Assembly: GCA_963765495.1 (NCBI GenBank)
Contig: CAVXWP010000004.1
Span: forward strand, 64,001 to 128,000
DNA: 64,000 nt
Direction: 5' to 3'
Source of the DNA: Blastocatellia bacterium
Lineage (GTDB): Bacteria > Acidobacteriota > Blastocatellia > UBA7656
The position numbers were made by a program, and so were the translations under genes. How positions within the stretch are numbered: position 1 is the first letter of the stretch; every line of letters starts with the position of its first letter. Below are positions 47,259-58,780 of the stretch, piece after piece. Under the pieces are notes generated by a model. The model did no database searches. It was not told the DNA's origin and was given only the letters and a program-made list of their open reading frames with translations.

Positions 47259-49484
47259 TTAAATGGAAGCCCGGTTTTCCTGTCTGGTGAGGTCTGCGAT
47301 GATCGTTATTAATTCCGCCGGGTCCACGGGTTTGGTTACGTGCATTTGAAAGCCTGCCGACAGCACCATCTCTCGATCCCTCGCGCTTGCAAATGCCGTC
47401 AGGGCAATCGCAGGGACATTGCCGCCCTGATCGGCCTCAAGCGACCTCACTTTGCCTATCAGGGAATAGCCGTCTTCATCCGGCATCCCAAGATCAGACA
47501 ACAAAAGGTCCGGGTTCCAACTGCATAGTTCCTCTAATGCCTCGGCGGCAGAAGCGGTGGCTCGGACATCGGCCCCGCTCCGGGTCAGCACGTGTTCGAG
47601 CATGGCCCGCGTATCGTTATCGTCTTCGACGACAAGTATTCGCAAGTTGTCGAGTTCCTGCGTGACCTTTTCGACCGTAGCATCAATGGGGCTTGCCGAC
47701 TCCGGCTGGCGCTCGGCCTCCTCGGGTTGGTCGGTATCATCTGCGGCAGTCATCGGTAATTCAATCGTAAAGGTAGCACCCTTTCCCAGACCTTTGCTCT
47801 CGGCCCGGACGGTTCCCCCGTGCATCTCTACGAGGTGGCGGACTATCGCAAGCCCCAGACCGAGCCCGCCGTGTCTTCTTACGAGCGAGCCCTCGGCCTG
47901 GCGGAAGCGATCAAAGACGAAGGGCAAGAGGTCTTCGCTGATCCCTTCGCCCGTGTCGGTTACGATTATGCGGAATCTCGAATCGACTCTGTCGAGAATG
48001 ACCCTGACCTGCCCGCCCACGGGGGTGAATTTGACGGCGTTCGATACCAGATTCCAGACTACCTGTTGCAAGCGGTCGGGGTCGCAGGCCACCTGCCCTA
48101 TTGACGGGTCCAGCGACAATTCAAGCTGTATGGCTTTGCCTTCGGCGGCCGGGCCAATGGCATCAACCGCCATTTCGATGATCGGGACAATCTCGACGGG
48201 TTGGATTTCAAGACGCATCTTTCCGGTGATGATTCGTGAAACATCGAGGATATCTTCGACGAGTTGGGCCTGAGATTTCGCGTTGCGCTCGATGGTTTCA
48301 AGGGCCCGGGCGACCGTTTCTTCGTCAAGCTGATTTGTTCTGAGCAATCGCGCCCATCCGAGAACCGCGTTTAGCGGGGTGCGGAGTTCGTGCGAAACCG
48401 TAGCAAGAAACTCGTCTTTTGCGCGGTTGGCCTCTTCGGCCAGACGGCGAGCGTCCTGCTCGCTTAGGAGCAAATCCAGTCTCTCTTCTTCTATCCGTTT
48501 GCGCTCCTGTACCTCGGCCTTGAGCGCCTGATTGGAGCTTGCCAGTTCGCGAGTTCTATCCTGCACCCGAATTTCCAAATCTTCTTTTGCGCGTCTTAAA
48601 GCCTCCTGCACTCGCTTCTGCTCGGTTACGTCTATGCCGGTCCTGATGATAAAATCGACCGAGCCGTCCTCTTTTTGAAGCGCTGTCGTAGTCCAGGAAA
48701 TGATTCGGGATGCGCCTTCCCTCGTCACCCAGAAATTCTCGCTCTCGATAGGATATTCGCCTGCCTTGACCCGTTCAAAGACGCTCGTTACCGCCTCGAC
48801 CTCTTCCGCGATCAAAAAAAGGTCTTCAAGCCTGCGGCCTACCACTTCGTCAAACCTGTAGCCGCTGATCTGCTCGCACGCGCGGTTAAACCTCACTATT
48901 CGATCCTGATCGTCTATGACCACAACCAGGCTGCCCGCCGTATCGAGCACCGCCGATATGAAATCCCTCTCCTTGAAAAGCTCTTGATTTTTGCGTTCGA
49001 TCTCTTCGTAGAGGGCAACGACAGCCCTGTTTTTTTCCTCCTGATCGCGATTCGCTTCTCTGAGCAGTTCAGCCTGCCGCTTTATCTCTTCGGTCTTCTT
49101 ATAGAGGTCGATAAAGACGCTCACCTTCGCCTTCAGTATCTCGGGCTCGAAGGGTTTGAAGATATAATCTACCGCGCCAAGCGAATAGCCTCTGAAGACC
49201 TGGGCCTCGCTCTTGTGCATCGCAGTCAGAAAGATTATCGGTATCGTCTGTGACTTTTCGCGCTCTCTTATCAACGCCGCCGTCTCAAAGCCATCCAGGC
49301 TCGGCATGTGAACGTCCAGCAATATCACGGCGAAATCGTCTCTCAGCACCAGCCGCAGAGCTTCGAGCCCCGATGTAGCCCTCACCATTCGCTGATCGAG
49401 ATAGCTGAGTGTGGCTTCAAGGGCCACTAGATTCTCTTCCCGGTCGTCAACAAGAAGTATGTTGACCTTATCATCGAGTTGCAT
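47259..49484 (-). CDS. Hybrid histidine kinase (REC-PAS-HisKA-HATPase-REC)
   Basis: N-terminal ILLVDD...LLDVHMP; PAS (FNRACEQISGY); [13 protein letters not shown]; NLVSNAVKFT; GGLGLGL; C-terminal LLSDLGMP. The start is set at ATG 49484. Confidence 0.92.
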   Translation of the reverse strand: MQLDDKVNILLVDDREENLVALEATLSYLDQRMVRATSGLEALRLVLRDDFAVILLDVHMPSLDGFETAALIREREKSQTIPIIFLTAMHKSEAQVFRGYSLGAVDYIFKPFEPEILKAKVSVFIDLYKKTEEIKRQAELLREANRDQEEKNRAVVALYEEIERKNQELFKERDFISAVLDTAGSLVVVIDDQDRIVRFNRACEQISGYRFDEVVGRRLEDLFLIAEEVEAVTSVFERVKAGEYPIESENFWVTREGASRIISWTTTALQKEDGSVDFIIRTGIDVTEQKRVQEALRRAKEDLEIRVQDRTRELASSNQALKAEVQERKRIEEERLDLLLSEQDARRLAEEANRAKDEFLATVSHELRTPLNAVLGWARLLRTNQLDEETVARALETIERNAKSQAQLVEDILDVSRIITGKMRLEIQPVEIVPIIEMAVDAIGPAAEGKAIQLELSLDPSIGQVACDPDRLQQVVWNLVSNAVKFTPVGGQVRVILDRVDSRFRIIVTDTGEGISEDLLPFVFDRFRQAEGSLVRRHGGLGLGLAIVRHLVEMHGGTVRAESKGLGKGATFTIELPMTAADDTDQPEEAERQPESASPIDATVEKVTQELDNLRILVVEDDNDTRAMLEHVLTRSGADVRATASAAEALEELCSWNPDLLLSDLGMPDEDGYSLIGKVRSLEADQGGNVPAIALTAFASARDREMVLSAGFQMHVTKPVDPAELITIIADLTRQENRASI

Positions 49485-49494
49485 CCTGAATACC

Positions 49495-50058
49495 TCAACT
49501 TCCTTTTGAGAGAGCGACCAGAAGTGGGGCAATCTCCGCAAGCGAAAGTATACGGTCTACCCGCGTACACTTTATGGCGGCTTCCGGCATCACAGGGCAC
49601 TCTGCCGTTGCCGGGTCCTGCACCACTGTGAATCCGCCCCGGCTTTTTACCTTTGCGATGCCCCGCGCGCCGTCGTCATTGGCCCCGGTCATAAGTACGG
49701 CTATTGCCTTTTCCTTGTAGGCATCGGCGGCCGATTCGAAGAGAACGTCTATGGACGGGCGCGCATAACGAACGGGCCGCGACGTGGAAAGCGCGAAGTG
49801 CCCTTCTTCGATCAGCAGATGGTAATCGGGCGGGCCAAGAAACACGCCCGGTACGATCTCCTGCTTGTCTTCGACTTCAACCACCGGCAAAGGGCAGCAT
49901 CGTTGCAGAAGGAGTGCAAGCGAGCCTGTAGATTCGGCGCTGCGATGCTGCACGGCCGCAATAGGCACAGGGAAATTACCCGGCAAACCCGATATCAGGA
50001 CTTCCATCGCGCGGAACCCTCCGAGCGATGAGCCTAAAACTATCAACTCAAACCTCAA
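49495..50058 (-). CDS. cheB: Stand-alone CheB-type methylesterase (no receiver domain)
   Basis: GSSLGG, VQHR, PPDYHLL, RPSIDVLFESAA, TGANDDGA and VQDP motifs. Confidence 0.9.
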   Translation of the reverse strand: MRFELIVLGSSLGGFRAMEVLISGLPGNFPVPIAAVQHRSAESTGSLALLLQRCCPLPVVEVEDKQEIVPGVFLGPPDYHLLIEEGHFALSTSRPVRYARPSIDVLFESAADAYKEKAIAVLMTGANDDGARGIAKVKSRGGFTVVQDPATAECPVMPEAAIKCTRVDRILSLAEIAPLLVALSKGS

Positions 50059-50907
50059 CTAGACGATCCTCCTGTAAAGCTTCTCTCTTTTGTCGATCTG
50101 TTCGTAGTGATGCTCGTGCGGCGTGTAGTTGAGCGATTCCTTCTGCCCCAGCCCCAGAACCCCGAACATAGAGAGACTGTCATAGAGAAGATTGTGAACC
50201 CTGTCCTGAAGTATCTTGTTGAAATAGATAAGCACATTTCTGCAAAGCGTGACGTTGAACTCGTTGAACGATCCGTCGGTTACGAGGTTGTGCTGCGAAA
50301 AGACTACGTTCCGCCTGAGCGAAGACCGAAAGATCGCGTTGTCATAGTTCGCCGTGTAATACTCCGAAAATGATCGCTTGCCGCCCGCTTTGACATAGTT
50401 ATTTATGTACCCTTGCATGAAGTGCAGAGGGTAGATGCCCGCCATCGCCTGTTTCAGCACCGACTCATTCAGATCAGTGGCATAGATGCGACAGCGATCA
50501 TAGATGCCTTCTTCTTCGAGCAGTATCGCTAGCGAATAGACCTCCTCGCCCGTCGAGCACCCGGCATGCCAGATGCGAATAAATGGAAAAGTCCTGAGAA
50601 TGGGCACAACTTTCTCTCTAAAAACGATGTAAAAGCCCGGGTCTCGAAACATCGCCGTCACGTTGACCGTGAGCGCAAGAAGAAACCGCTCGAAACAGCC
50701 CGAGTCGTGCAGCAATCGCTCCTGAAGGGCCGAGACGTTCTCAAGCTCTTCGTTTGCCATCACCTCAAGTATTCTCCGCCTGAGCGAAGCAGGGGCATAC
50801 TCCCGAAAATCATAGCCGTAGTGGGAATAAATCCCTTCCAGAAGCAGCCGGATTTCCAGAGCCTCAAGATCATAGCTGTCGGGATTCAAAATCCTATCGG
50901 CAATCAT
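50059..50907 (-). CDS. cheR: CheR-type protein-glutamate methyltransferase
   Basis: [36 protein letters not shown] and CRNVLIYF motifs. The start at 50907 overlaps the kinase stop (ATGA). Confidence 0.92.
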   Translation of the reverse strand: MIADRILNPDSYDLEALEIRLLLEGIYSHYGYDFREYAPASLRRRILEVMANEELENVSALQERLLHDSGCFERFLLALTVNVTAMFRDPGFYIVFREKVVPILRTFPFIRIWHAGCSTGEEVYSLAILLEEEGIYDRCRIYATDLNESVLKQAMAGIYPLHFMQGYINNYVKAGGKRSFSEYYTANYDNAIFRSSLRRNVVFSQHNLVTDGSFNEFNVTLCRNVLIYFNKILQDRVHNLLYDSLSMFGVLGLGQKESLNYTPHEHHYEQIDKREKLYRRIV

Positions 50908-53900
50908 TTGTATAACCAGACTCGAAGCAGCGACATCAGTTGTTGAATGTCTATAGGCTTGGTGATGTAATCGGAAGCGCCTGCTTCGATGCACTTCTCT
51001 CTGTCACCCTTCATCGCCTTCGCCGTAAGCGCGATGATTGGAAGCGACTTGAACTTCTCTATGCTCCTGATTGCTCGCATAGCCTCGTAGCCGTCAAGCT
51101 CAGGCATCATGACATCCATCAACACAATGTCTACATTGGGCGTGCCCTCGAGCAGGTCGAGCGCGTCCTTGCCGTTTTCGGCGTAGATTACCTCCATGTT
51201 ATGTCGTTCGAGCGCGCTTGTGAGGGCAAAGATATTGCGAATGTCATCGTCTACGATCATCACCTTCTTGCCCGCGATAGTCGAATCGGTCTGATGGAGT
51301 TGTTCGAGCAATCGCCGTTTCGGTTCGGGCATGTGAGCCTCCACGCGATGCAGGAAAAGGGCGGTCTCATCAAGCAACCGTTCCATGGATTTCACATCCT
51401 TGACGATAACCGTCTCTGCCAGCCGCTTGAGTTCGGTCTCTTCGGATTTTGAGAGGTCTTTACCCGTATAAACTATGATGGGCAGATCAGCCCCTCCGGC
51501 CTCTTTCTTTATCCGACTGATCAGATCAAAGCCGGTCATGCCGGGTAAACCCAGATCAATCACCACGCAATCAAAGACCTGCTCTCTGAGCGCCTCAAGA
51601 GCCTCTTCACCCGTAGCGACGGCGGTTGTTTGCACATCGCCGTTGCCTATCAATTCGACTATCGTCTGACGCTGAACGTCGTTGTCTTCGACCACGAGCA
51701 AACGCCTTGCGGGCCGTTCGATAAAGCCTTTTATGTTTGAAAACGCCTCTTTCAAAGCATCTCTGGTGACGGGTTTCTTCAGATAGACTCGCGCTCCCAT
51801 CTTCAATCCCACCTGCGCATCTTCGGCAAGCGAGATGATGTGGACGGGGATATGCCGCGTGCCGGGGTCGTGCTTCAGGCGGTCAAGCACGGCCAGCCCG
51901 TGCATGCCCGGCAGCCGAATATCGAGGGTGATCGCATCGGGGAGCAGTTTGCGCGCAAGCGCGAGCGCCACATCTCCGCGCGAGGTGACGAGCACCTTGA
52001 ACCCTTTTTCGTGTCCCATGTCCATCAAAATGCGGGCAAAGTTTGCATCGTCTTCGACAACGAGCAGAACCTTGTCGTCCGGCCCAATCTCATCCCGGTC
52101 ATCGGCTATTTCACCCGGCAACGGCGTGAGCGAATCCGCGTCGGCTTCAAACTCTCTATCGTCTGATCGGTGTGGAATCCTTGTCTGAAACTCTCCTGAG
52201 ATTTTCGGGTGCGGGGTCGGTTCCGCAGGCACAAACGAGAGCGGCAGATAGAGTGTAAAGGTGCTGCCTTCACCCGGCGTGCTCGACATGCTCAGTTCGC
52301 CGCCAAGCAGGCTTGCGATCTCGCGACTGATAGAAAGACCCAGCCCCGTCCCGCCGTACTTTCTACTCGTAGTCCCGTCCGCCTGCTGAAAGGCTTCGAA
52401 GATAATCCTGTGCTTCTCTTTCGGAATGCCTATACCTGTGTCACAGACTGAAAAGGCTATGACATGGTCGGCGCGGTTGAGCATGCCGTTGTCGTAAATC
52501 CAGCCCTTCGAAGCCATCTCTATGTGCAGGGCGACCTCGCCTTCTTCGGTAAATTTGAAGGCATTCGAGAGCAGATTGTTTATCACCTGTTGCAATCGTT
52601 TGGCGTCGGTTGTGACAAATTCGGGAAGGTCGGGCGCAAGTTCGATCTTGAATCCGACTCCCTTTGTTTCTGCGACCGGGCGAAATGCCCGCTCGATATC
52701 GTCTCGCATTTTTCTGAAAGGCAGGTCGGATACTTCGACCCCCATGTTGCCGGATTCGATCTTTGAGAGGTCGAGTATCTCGTTTATAAGCGCAAGCAGA
52801 TCGGCCCCGGAAGAGTGAATCGTCTGAGCAAATTCGATCTGTTTGGTAGAGAGGTTTGTGTTGGGATTCTCCGCGAGCAGTTCGGAAAGCACCAGCATGC
52901 TGTTTAGCGGGGTGCGGAGTTCGTGCGACATATTGGCGAGAAATTCCGACTTGTATTTCGAGGTTAGCGCCAGTTGTTCGGCCTTCTCTTCGAGCGCGCG
53001 GCGGGCCTGCTCTATCTCTCGATTCTTGCGTTCGACCTCCGATTTTTGCTCGGACAACAACTGGGCCTTCTCTTCGAGTTCCTCGTTTGTCTGCTGTAAC
53101 TCTTCCTGCTGCTGTTTCAGAAGCTCTTCCGATGCCTGCAATGATCTGGCCTGTTGTTCCAGCCTCACGTTTGTTTCGGTCAGTTCCGTCTTTTGCGTTT
53201 GCAGTTCGTAGGTGAGCGATTGCGACTGTTTCAGCAATTCCTCGGTCCGCATATTGGCTTCGATAGTGTTGAGCACGATGCCTATGCTTTCGGTGAGTTG
53301 ATCGAGGAAAGCCAGATGGGTTTCGCTGAATCGGCGGAATGAAGCCAGCTCGATGACGGCCTTGACCTGCCCTTCAAACAGGACGGGCAGCACTACGATG
53401 TTGAGCGGCGTGGCCTCACCCAGCCCCGAGTTGATCTTTATGTAATCTTCCGGGACATTCGAAATCAGAATCCTCTCTCTTTCAAGAGCGCATTGCCCGA
53501 TCAAGCTTTCACCCAGCCTGTACCGGCTTGAGAGGTTCTTTCGTTCCTTGTAGGCGTAGCTTGCGCGCAACGCGAATTGCGGCTCTTCGTCCAGATTTTC
53601 GCCCACGTAAAACGCGCCGTGCTGAACGTTTACGAGCGGAGCCAGTTCCGAAAGGATGAGCCGGGAGACGGTCAGCAAATCCTTCTGGCCCTGCAATAAT
53701 TGAGTAAACTTCGCGAGGTTGGTCTTCAGCCAGTCCTGCTCGGTGTTCTTGCGTGTAGTGTCCTTGAGATTGCGGATCATTTCATTGATGTTGTCCTTGA
53801 GCGCCGCAACTTCGCCCGCTGCCTCTACGCTGATTGATCGGGTCAGATCGCCTTTGGTAACTGCCGTAGCGACTTCTGCGATAGCTCGCACCTGCGTGGT

Positions 53901-56150
53901 CAGATTGGCCGCGAGACGATTGACGTTATCAGTGAGGTCTCTCCACGTACCGCTTGCTCCGGGGACGCTAGCCTGCCCGCCGAGTTTGCCTTCGATACCC
54001 ACCTCGCGGGCAACCGTCGTTACCTGATCGGCAAAGGTGGCCAGGGTATCGATCATCCCGTTTATTGTGTCTGCCAGTTCGGCTATTTCTCCCTGCGCTT
54101 CGACCGCCAGTTTGCGTTTCAGATTTCCATTTGCGACCGCCGTAACTACGCCTGCTATCCCTCGCACCTGCGTGGTCAGATTCGCAGCCATCGAGTTCAC
54201 ATTGTCAGTCAAGTCCTTCCACGTACCGGCCACCCCCTTGACCTGCGCCTGCCCGCCGAGTTTGCCCTCCGTTCCCACTTCGCGGGCTACTCGTGTCACC
54301 TCGGATGCGAATGAGTTCAACTGATCGACCATGGTGTTGATCGTGTTTTTGAGTTCGAGGATTTCGCCTTTCACATCCACCGTGATCTTCTTTGACAGAT
54401 CGCCGTTTGCTACCGCAGTAGTGACTGCCGCAATGTTTCTCACCTGCGCGGTGAGGTTGCCTGCCATGAAGTTCACGTTGTCGGTCAAGTCTTTCCAGAT
54501 GCCCGAAACGCCCTTAACATCTGCCTGTCCGCCGAGTTTTCCTTCCGTTCCTACTTCACGGGCCACGCGTGTGACTTCGGATGCAAACGAACTGAGTTGA
54601 TCGACCATGGTGTTGATCGTGTTTTTGAGTTCGAGGATTTCGCCTTTCACATCTACCGTGATCTTCTTTGACAGATCGCCGTTTGCTACCGCCGTCGTCA
54701 CCTCCGCGATGTTTCTCACCTGCCCTGTCAGGTTGCCTGCCATCAGGTTCACGTTCTCAGTCAAGTCCTTCCACGTACCTGCCACTCCCTTGACCTGCGC
54801 CTGCCCGCCCAGTTTTCCTTCCGTTCCTACTTCACGGGCCACGCGTGTGACTTCGGATGCAAACGAACTGAGTTGATCGACCATGGTGTTGATCGTGTTT
54901 TTGAGTTCGAGGATTTCGCCTTTCACATCTACCGTGATCTTCTTTGACAGATCGCCGTTTGCTACCGCCGTCGTCACCTCCGCGATGTTTCTCACCTGCC
55001 CTGTCAGGTTGCCTGCCATCAGGTTCACATTCTCTGTCAAATCCTTCCACGTACCTGCCACTCCCTTGACCTGCGCCTGCCCGCCCAGTTTTCCTTCCGT
55101 TCCTACTTCGCGGGCCACGCGTGTGACTTCGGATGCAAACGAACTGAGTTGATCGACCATGGTGTTGATCGTGTTTTTGAGTTCGAGGATTTCGCCCTTC
55201 ACATCCACCGTGATCTTCTTTGACAGATCGCCGTTTGCTACCGCCGTCGTCACCTCCGCGATGTTTCTCACCTGCCCTGTCAGGTTGCCTGCCATCAGGT
55301 TCACATTCTCTGTCAAATCCTTCCACGTACCTGCCACACCCTTGACCTGCGCCTGCCCGCCCAGTTTGCCCTCCGTTCCCACCTCGCGGGCTACTCGTGT
55401 CACCTCAGATGCGAATGAGTTCAACTGATCGACCATGGTGTTGATCGTGTTTTTGAGTTCCAGAATCTCGCCCTTCACATCCACCGTGATCTTCTTTGAC
55501 AGATCGCCGTTTGCTACCGCCGTCGTCACCTCCGCGATGTTTCTCACCTGCCCCGTCAGGTTGCCCGCCATCAGGTTTACATTCTCAGTCAAATCCTTCC
55601 ACGTACCTGCCACACCCTTGACCTGCGCCTGTCCGCCCAGTTTTCCTTCTGTTCCCACCTCACGGGCTACGCGTGTGACTTCGGATGCAAAAGAACCGAG
55701 CCGGTCTACCATCACGTTTACGACCTTGCCGATTCGGAGAAATTCTCCCCGCAACGGACGCCCTTCTATCTCAAGAGCCATGCTCTGAGAAAGGTCTCCT
55801 CTGGCAACAGCCTCGATGACGCGCGTTATTTCAGTGGTAGGCTGCGTCAGGTCAGCTATCATAGTGTTCACCGAATCAACACACGACGCCCACGAACCGC
55901 TTGCATCATTCAGGGTAGCCCGTTGATTTATTTTTCCTTCTTTACCAACTATCGAACTCATCCGGCGAAGTTCCTTCGCCATTCGTTCATTCATCTCAAT
56001 GAGATCGTTGAGGGTATCGCAGATTTTTCCGTTCAGCCCGGCTTCTCCAACCGGCATGCGAGCAGAAAAATCGCCTTTCTTTACGGCGAGAAGAACCTTT
56101 AGAAGCAGTTTTTGATCCAGCGTACTAGCGCTCGACACTTCCGTTGACAT
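50904..56150 (-). CDS. Soluble poly-HAMP / GAF hybrid histidine kinase with three receiver domains (OsaA / fungal group III-like)
   Basis: About 8 x 92-aa units [19 protein letters not shown], then GAF, coiled coil, [29 protein letters not shown] and three REC domains. No TM segment seen. Confidence 0.93.
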   Translation of the reverse strand: MSTEVSSASTLDQKLLLKVLLAVKKGDFSARMPVGEAGLNGKICDTLNDLIEMNERMAKELRRMSSIVGKEGKINQRATLNDASGSWASCVDSVNTMIADLTQPTTEITRVIEAVARGDLSQSMALEIEGRPLRGEFLRIGKVVNVMVDRLGSFASEVTRVAREVGTEGKLGGQAQVKGVAGTWKDLTENVNLMAGNLTGQVRNIAEVTTAVANGDLSKKITVDVKGEILELKNTINTMVDQLNSFASEVTRVAREVGTEGKLGGQAQVKGVAGTWKDLTENVNLMAGNLTGQVRNIAEVTTAVANGDLSKKITVDVKGEILELKNTINTMVDQLSSFASEVTRVAREVGTEGKLGGQAQVKGVAGTWKDLTENVNLMAGNLTGQVRNIAEVTTAVANGDLSKKITVDVKGEILELKNTINTMVDQLSSFASEVTRVAREVGTEGKLGGQAQVKGVAGTWKDLTENVNLMAGNLTGQVRNIAEVTTAVANGDLSKKITVDVKGEILELKNTINTMVDQLSSFASEVTRVAREVGTEGKLGGQADVKGVSGIWKDLTDNVNFMAGNLTAQVRNIAAVTTAVANGDLSKKITVDVKGEILELKNTINTMVDQLNSFASEVTRVAREVGTEGKLGGQAQVKGVAGTWKDLTDNVNSMAANLTTQVRGIAGVVTAVANGNLKRKLAVEAQGEIAELADTINGMIDTLATFADQVTTVAREVGIEGKLGGQASVPGASGTWRDLTDNVNRLAANLTTQVRAIAEVATAVTKGDLTRSISVEAAGEVAALKDNINEMIRNLKDTTRKNTEQDWLKTNLAKFTQLLQGQKDLLTVSRLILSELAPLVNVQHGAFYVGENLDEEPQFALRASYAYKERKNLSSRYRLGESLIGQCALERERILISNVPEDYIKINSGLGEATPLNIVVLPVLFEGQVKAVIELASFRRFSETHLAFLDQLTESIGIVLNTIEANMRTEELLKQSQSLTYELQTQKTELTETNVRLEQQARSLQASEELLKQQQEELQQTNEELEEKAQLLSEQKSEVERKNREIEQARRALEEKAEQLALTSKYKSEFLANMSHELRTPLNSMLVLSELLAENPNTNLSTKQIEFAQTIHSSGADLLALINEILDLSKIESGNMGVEVSDLPFRKMRDDIERAFRPVAETKGVGFKIELAPDLPEFVTTDAKRLQQVINNLLSNAFKFTEEGEVALHIEMASKGWIYDNGMLNRADHVIAFSVCDTGIGIPKEKHRIIFEAFQQADGTTSRKYGGTGLGLSISREIASLLGGELSMSSTPGEGSTFTLYLPLSFVPAEPTPHPKISGEFQTRIPHRSDDREFEADADSLTPLPGEIADDRDEIGPDDKVLLVVEDDANFARILMDMGHEKGFKVLVTSRGDVALALARKLLPDAITLDIRLPGMHGLAVLDRLKHDPGTRHIPVHIISLAEDAQVGLKMGARVYLKKPVTRDALKEAFSNIKGFIERPARRLLVVEDNDVQRQTIVELIGNGDVQTTAVATGEEALEALREQVFDCVVIDLGLPGMTGFDLISRIKKEAGGADLPIIVYTGKDLSKSEETELKRLAETVIVKDVKSMERLLDETALFLHRVEAHMPEPKRRLLEQLHQTDSTIAGKKVMIVDDDIRNIFALTSALERHNMEVIYAENGKDALDLLEGTPNVDIVLMDVMMPELDGYEAMRAIRSIEKFKSLPIIALTAKAMKGDREKCIEAGASDYITKPIDIQQLMSLLRVWLYK
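53800..55960 (-). repeat. 276-bp tandem repeat array encoding poly-HAMP units
   Basis: Six nearly identical units plus diverged terminal units. The antisense 89-aa ORFs recur at 276-bp spacing. Confidence 0.9.
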
Positions 56151-56527
56151 TTGGCGCTCCTTGAAATGAAATTTAGAGTCAGTAAGACCGGCGTAGTTTG
56201 TTGATCAGTCTTTAATCGGCAAGAGGTCAGTTTCCCAGGCGCAAGAGAATAGTCTCAAATCGCGAGATGGCTAAAAAGAATTTTCCTGGATTTAATGCCT
56301 TTGCGCGTCTAGTCCACGAGCAATATCATAGACAACTGTGGTGGTTCTGAAAACCCTAATCTTGCACATCTTGATTTGTTTGACGTGTATTTGAGAAAGT
56401 AATCGGGCTTATTTTGTCGGCAGGCATGTCCAGAGCCGTGCTCAGAATACTCCAACAGGTTTTCCTGATTTAAGAGTATTTATCCAAAAGCATCCTATTG
56501 CGCTCGAAAGGCTTCTAACCAAATGTT

Positions 56528-56719
56528 ATGAGAACTATTAAGGAAAGACTAACGAATGAGATAGAGTACCTTAAGGCGCTGGCCGAGATGTACGAGCAGG
56601 AAAGCGATAGAAACGCCAGACAGAAATCTCTGGCGGCGATTGAGGCCCTGAATCAATTGATTGCAGTCATAGACGAGGCTCCGATAATTTCGCCGGAGTC
56701 TGTCCTTCAAGCAGCTTAA
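56528..56719 (+). CDS. Small hypothetical helical protein
   Basis: 63-aa ATG ORF with amphipathic-helix composition, alone in an AT-rich intergenic region. No clear RBS or family. Confidence 0.4.
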   Translation: MRTIKERLTNEIEYLKALAEMYEQESDRNARQKSLAAIEALNQLIAVIDEAPIISPESVLQAA

Positions 56720-56952
56720 ATCCCTTCTGGTGCTCCTAATACCAAACCCTTTCAGATGATTAGGTTTAACACTCGAATTCGTAAAATCATAAAGATTTTC
56801 AACATGCTGATTAGAATACTTGAAATAGGCCGGGACAGTTGCGGATCAGGCCTATTAAAGCAAGCCTCCCACTCAAATTATGGGGCTATGTGATCTTTAT
56901 CGTCCCTATCCGAAGAGATTTGGTATTAATCACCCCGCTGGATTTCCATCTC

Positions 56953-56987
56953 ATCTGAAATCTCAGATCTCAGATCTCAAATTTCAA
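56953..56987. repeat. Heptamer tandem repeat (ATCTCAG)-like x5
   Basis: atctgaa-atctcag-atctcag-atctcaa-atttcaa immediately after the last tail-locus gene. Confidence 0.7.
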
Positions 56988-56993
56988 GGGCGG

Positions 56994-57623
56994 TCAGGAA
57001 ATGTCCTTGACTGAAATCCTTGTGCTCTCACTCTCTGGCAGGCTGACACGGGATAAAATGATATGACGGCTCTCCCCGCACTCAGGACACGGCGCGGATT
57101 CTCCCGCACAAAGATCGAAACTCTTCTCCGTAACCGAGGGCGCGCTCCATAAAACATCCAGATGAAACCCGTCACGAATGCGTGAGTGATGAATTGTCTC
57201 TCTACACCGACAGGACTGCGCGCGCGCCGCAACGGGGCTGGTCTGTTCCTCGGCGTATCGAATTCCTATTAAAGCCAGAGGCACCGGCTTTCCGCCAATC
57301 TGAGGGCGCGCCCAGATGTATTCCCTGATATCCAACCGCGTCGGGACGCTTACTTCCACCTCATCGCCACAACAGGTAATTGCATAGCCGGGGCAGACGA
57401 TAATTGCCCACGGGCGGGCAGGGTCGCCTGCGGGCACGACGCGTAATCCACAGACTACGCCACCGCCGTGGAGGAAGCGCCCGTGCCGCCGCAGTCGTTG
57501 TCTGCGATAGTTTTGCTCGGTCAACAGATCATCCGAAGCAAGGTAATTGCCCGCCTCGTATTGGGGCCGCAGCAGGCTGCCGACTGGGATTCGCGCTGAC
57601 TTGATCTGATCGCGATGTGACAT
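56994..57623 (-). CDS. Tail-locus (CIS-like) protein, fibre-attachment-type N-terminal domain, Cys-rich
   Basis: RPQYEAGNYLASDDLLTEQNY...LHGGGVVCGLRV...PGYAI...GDE motif shared with four neighbours. The start is set at ATG 57623. Confidence 0.72.
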   Translation of the reverse strand: MSHRDQIKSARIPVGSLLRPQYEAGNYLASDDLLTEQNYRRQRLRRHGRFLHGGGVVCGLRVVPAGDPARPWAIIVCPGYAITCCGDEVEVSVPTRLDIREYIWARPQIGGKPVPLALIGIRYAEEQTSPVAARAQSCRCRETIHHSRIRDGFHLDVLWSAPSVTEKSFDLCAGESAPCPECGESRHIILSRVSLPESESTRISVKDIS

Positions 57624-57627
57624 AAGC

Positions 57628-58761
57628 TTATTCCAATTTACTGACCGAGAACGCGCTGGCGAAGTCGTCTCCACCTACGCCATCCTTGTTGCCGTCAAGC
57701 GCCAGATCATCGAGATCCGTGATGTGCGGATCGCCTGAGCCGTGCGCAGTGATCTTATAATCCCCGGTCCGTAACGGTGCCTTCGGTTCAAAGATGGCCG
57801 TTCGCGCCGCCGCCAGATACTTCACCGTACCTCCCACCTTTTCCCCATCACGCTCAACTGTGAGGGTCTGTTCGTCTACAGTCCCTTCCTGAAGGTCTTT
57901 GTTGAACTTCACCTCGATCACCACAGGCCCTTCATTTGTAAAGGATTCTCCGTTTGCCGGAGAGACGCTGACAACGCGAACGGGGACAGGTTGAGGCACG
58001 TCTCGCTCCTGGCAACAGCAGCGAATCAATTGCTCCTGCAACATGGCCGTACTGTAAATCTGGCGTCTGACGACGATGTTATTGATCATATTGTTTTCAA
58101 CCTCGATGCCGGATGAGGCCGGCAGGTCTACCTGCGCGAGCACGACCCACGGGTCTTCGGGGCAGGGCGGGCAAGGCGGCAGCTTTTTTTGAGCGATAAG
58201 ATTGCAGATAAGCGGCGGCACGTGCGAAGGCGGCAACTCCGTGAGACAGCAGATTTCAAAGCCGTCCCGGATGCGCGAATATTCGCAGGCCACTTCCTCG
58301 CAGCCGCAACCCGAGGGCATCGCGCGTACGGGGCTTGCCATACATTCAGCGTACCTGATTGCGACGTAGAGCCGCGTGCCAGCCTCGCCGCCGGGATTGC
58401 CGAGCGGGTTCGGCTCGCACGGATCAGATGATGCCTGTTCGATGCACCGAGCCAGATCGAGCGCACTTGCTTCGCCTACGTAAATCTCATCGCCGAATGG
58501 GCCGAGCGCATAACCGGACCCGATCTTTACACGCCAGGGCGCGTCATCGGTCGGAGCGGCTGTCACCTCTAATCCGCAAACGGTTCCCCAGCCGTGCAGA
58601 AAGCGGTTGTGGCGGCGCAGCCTCTGACGAAAATATTCCTGATCCGCGATCATATCGTCAGCCGTCAGCAGTTGGCGCGGAAAATAGTTGACGCGTTCAA
58701 GCCTCCCCCGCTCGGATTGCGCGCAATCGAGAAGCCGAGGTTGTGCCGTGATTGTTGCCAT
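57628..58761 (-). CDS. Tail-locus (CIS-like) protein with shared N-terminal domain and C-terminal Ig-like (Big_5-type) domain
   Basis: RVNYFPRQLLTADD...LHGWGTVCGLEV...GYAL; C-terminal VVSVSPANG...IEVKFNKDL...ITDLDDLALDG. Confidence 0.78.
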   Translation of the reverse strand: MATITAQPRLLDCAQSERGRLERVNYFPRQLLTADDMIADQEYFRQRLRRHNRFLHGWGTVCGLEVTAAPTDDAPWRVKIGSGYALGPFGDEIYVGEASALDLARCIEQASSDPCEPNPLGNPGGEAGTRLYVAIRYAECMASPVRAMPSGCGCEEVACEYSRIRDGFEICCLTELPPSHVPPLICNLIAQKKLPPCPPCPEDPWVVLAQVDLPASSGIEVENNMINNIVVRRQIYSTAMLQEQLIRCCCQERDVPQPVPVRVVSVSPANGESFTNEGPVVIEVKFNKDLQEGTVDEQTLTVERDGEKVGGTVKYLAAARTAIFEPKAPLRTGDYKITAHGSGDPHITDLDDLALDGNKDGVGGDDFASAFSVSKLE

Positions 58762-58780
58762 AATGTATGCTCCTTTACAG

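Noticed and set aside
53719-55788. Repeated 89-aa plus-strand ORFs
   Set aside because: They are antisense shadows of the 276-bp HAMP repeats.
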